Below are positions 61,069 through 64,000 of a stretch of DNA of 64,000 bases, one piece after another. The notes beneath the pieces are model-generated. The model made no database searches, was not told where the DNA came from, and worked only from the letters and a program-made list of their open reading frames with translations. Where the stretch lies: assembly GCA_010909165.1 (NCBI GenBank), contig MU008155.1, positions 1,054,001 to 1,118,000 of the forward strand. The letters are read 5' to 3'. The stretch comes from Anthoceros angustus (taxonomy: Eukaryota; Plantae; Anthocerotophyta). Within the stretch, counting starts at the first letter, position 1; each line of letters opens with the position of its first letter. A program made the translations under genes and the position numbers.

Positions 61069-64000
61069 CATGAAGAAGAAGGCTGGTGTGGATATGGAGA
61101 GTGTCAACTATGGCGAGGGCGCCGACCGTCCTACACACTACCAAGCCAATCCCATCCGGTTGACTGGGTAGCGAACAAGATGATGGGGTGTCAATGCCGA
61201 CATGCGGCGGTTCATGGAGTCCATCCAGACGGGCGCACGATGCTCTGCGGAGGCGGTAGCCCTCTCTTCTACATTCAAGGGCCATGCACCACGACCAAAC
61301 CCGTTTGTCCGCAACTATTGCACTCCTCAATGCGGGACCCGAGTTCAACATATCGGATAGCGGAATGGCGGCCATCTTCCACATTGTGAGCGATCTGCTT
61401 TGCCACATCCGAACACCCTCCGGTCACGGCAAGAAGGCGGAAGATCTTGTTGCACATCGATCAAAGGAAGGTGCGCATCCCTCATGCATCAACGATTGAG
61501 AATCTCTGGGTGGAAGCTGCGGTGATCTCCAATGTACCCGGTGTGGCCAGCAGCGCAACAAGCCCGGGTTGGCCGCCACATAGTGCCACAAATCCTTTTA
61601 TTACTTCCCATTGGTGGAGCGTCTCCGTCGAATGTTTAGGTGCCCTACCCTGGCAGCAGATATGTCCTGGTTTGCGCGTAATCGGAGTCAAGATGGGAAG
61701 CTCCGCATCCTTGCTGACACTCCGGCTTGGGCAGCACTTGACGCACAAGATAATTTTGGTACGGAGGACAGGAACATCAGGCTCAGCATATGCACCGACG
61801 GCCTTAACCCTTGTGGTCATCGCTCGACAGGGAAGTCGATTTGGCCCGTGTTGTTGGTTATCCACAACATGCCACCATGGATTTGCAACAAGAAGCAACG
61901 AGTCATTATGTCCATGATTATTCCAGGCCCAAAACAGTGCGAATATGGACGTTGTATTGCCTTGTAGAAGAATTAGGCGGTGTGGATAGGTGTGCCATGC
62001 GAGGACTTCTCAAACCAAGGTGTGATCCGGGCGGTTTTCACCTGCGGGCTGGTCTATTGTTTGCCACATGTGATTATCCGGGTATGGGAAACTTGCTTGG
62101 CTTGGTTCGGTCATGCCGCATGTATCGGTGTGGGGTTCAATTACAAGCCCGATGGTCACAACAATTGGACAAGATGGTATCGCGGGTGCTCGGAGATGGT
62201 GCTCGGGCGATCCCCGTCGCGCATTATTGGCGAGATGCCTTGATAGCACCGTGGAGACCAGGCCCCCATGCCCCGCACAATGGACGCCGTCGTCGCGAGA
62301 GATGGACCTACAGGCAGCGGGTACCTGAAAGGCGCAACACAAAGGCATGGGGGTCACTCGCGTCTCACTCATCCTCAAGTTTACCATACCTCGAGGCGTT
62401 TACATAAGTTACGGCTTAAGGATGTGATGCACGTGGAGGTGAACAATGCAAAGGCATTTTGGAGTGTTCTGGGAAGAGTGACACCCTTGGGAGCCGGTAT
62501 GACATGGAGGATGCCAACTCCAAGCCATGGTTGTGGCCAATTTCGGATGGTGATGAGACCCACATCCCGGGCAAACTATGTTATGTCGCATTCGACACTG
62601 AGCGGTAAAAGGCGAGATATCGCCATGAAGCCCCCACGAGCTTTGGTGCAAACATATCTGCGTGCTTTGATGGCCCAAAGGTGGTAGCACGAAAAGCCAT
62701 GATTGGCACCTTTGATGCAATACTATCTTCCTATTGCGTTGCGAGGCGGCTAGAAGGGCGGCCGTGTTGGCTTCCTTGCGCCTCGGAGTGTATTTACGGA
62801 AGAGTGACACCCTTGGGAGCCGGTATGACATGGAGGATGCCAACTCCAAGCCATGGTTGTGGCCAATTTCGATGGTGATGAGACCCACATCCCGACGCCG
62901 ACTATGTTATGTCGCATTCGACACGGCGGTAAAAGACAGATATCCGCCATGAAGCCCCCACGCTTTGGTGCAAACATATCTGCGTGCTTTGATGGCCCAA
63001 AGGTGACCGGCCCGAAAAGCCATGATTGGCACCTTTGATGCAATACTATCTTCCTATTGCGTTGCGAGGCGGCTAGAAGGGCGGCCGATTGGCTTTCGAC
63101 GCCTCGGAGTGTACCGTTGGATGTGTACCAAAGAGATCGATATATCCATGCTACGAGAAGAAGGCGAGCTTATCGACATCATGGTGGAATTGGAAAACAC
63201 ATGCCAACCACATTACGGAATTGATCGACACCTCATCATCCACCGCTTGACGAGGTTGAAACTCATGGGCGATTCAAGTCGATGGATGTACCCCATGGGC
63301 GCTACATGCTTGTCCTCAAAACCATGTGACAGCGTGCCGTCCGGGAGGCGGCCCACGGTACATCTCTATGGGCGATGCGCCGCCACGGAGTTCATGGCGG
63401 GTTGACCACAATTGCCATCTATGGGATACCAATGCGGCCGTCCAGCGAGGAGAGCACCATCGGGCGAGGAACAACAATTGACCTCGCCCGGCAGTCGTCT
63501 ACATTACTGCTCACTCACTGGCGGACCCGAGGCGGAATTCGATGCTCATGGGGATGTTGGAATGGATTTCAAGCAATGGATGCAGGGTCGGTTGGCGGAT
63601 GATGCATGGCGGGAAGCCCGAACCGAGCCGACATCAATGCACTAACCATTGGCCCTCGCCGCAAGTCACATCCTATCGCAGCCTCCGCACGGGGCTATCA
63701 TTTCGGACAATTGCAGCGATTCTCTCCCAACCTGACAATTTGGGTGTATGGGTGTTTCGACATGGTAGGAGCCAGCCGGGATGAGAAGAGAGAATTCTTT
63801 GGGCGCATTCACGATTCTAGAAGTTGAGTGCGAAGGAGGCGTCACCACAATCGTCTTGAATGTGCCTTTGGTATGAGTGTGACATTGCAAGAGAACCCGT
63901 CCATGGTTAGGGACTTGATGGTTTTGGAGCGTTGACGAGACCGTGTATGCGGGATCACAAAAGCAGGCCCATACACATTTCCTCGACATCTACAACAAGT
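60817..64000 (+). pseudogene. Second, divergent CACTA/En-Spm transposase, heavily frameshifted, runs off the right edge
   Basis: LYCPC, ILADTPAWAALD, RNIRLSICTDGLNP, SIWPVLLVIHNMPPW, FHLRAGLLFATCDYPG, KDVMHVEVN, KSHDWH, RWMYP; internal duplication ~62474-63110. Confidence 0.88.

Noticed and set aside
60638-61408. 256-aa minus-strand ORF as a separate gene
   Set aside because: It is the antisense shadow of the CACTA transposase N-terminal region.

Overview
This is a transposon-dense stretch of a eukaryotic genome, most likely a non-seed land plant (inferred from the TE families and the one host gene). It shows no prokaryotic operon, CRISPR array or rRNA/tRNA gene. From left to right: (1) a scrambled Ty1/Copia element (1-5216, minus strand); (2) a PIF/Harbinger pair, made of an ALP1-clade DDE transposase (5639-6990, +) and a convergent ASR3-like Myb/SANT-trihelix pseudogene (7422-8128, -); (3) a truncated Gypsy-type element with an antisense accessory ORF that contains a 650-bp inversion (8129-13138); (4) LTR remnants; (5) a GIL1/IRK-interacting-like host gene (22921->16143, -) whose coding exon is split by a young full-length Copia (16700-21767, TSD TTGCC); (6) a (TTA)n microsatellite; (7) a Gypsy LTR+PBS, a nested TIR DNA-element complex (24143-30498) and a Gypsy gag-RT fragment; (8) a CACTA/En-Spm region (about 33-64 kb) with two transposase pseudogenes, a nested Tnt1-like Copia (35517-41369) and many serial, indel-rich tandem duplications. 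Several frameshifts fall at CWG sites and duplicated blocks differ mainly by indels, so part of the apparent decay and duplication is probably long-read or assembly error. The best candidate for a novel system is the ALP1-clade transposase with an intact DDE triad, physically linked to an ASR3-like trihelix ORF. Family assignments rest on motifs recalled from memory, not on database searches.
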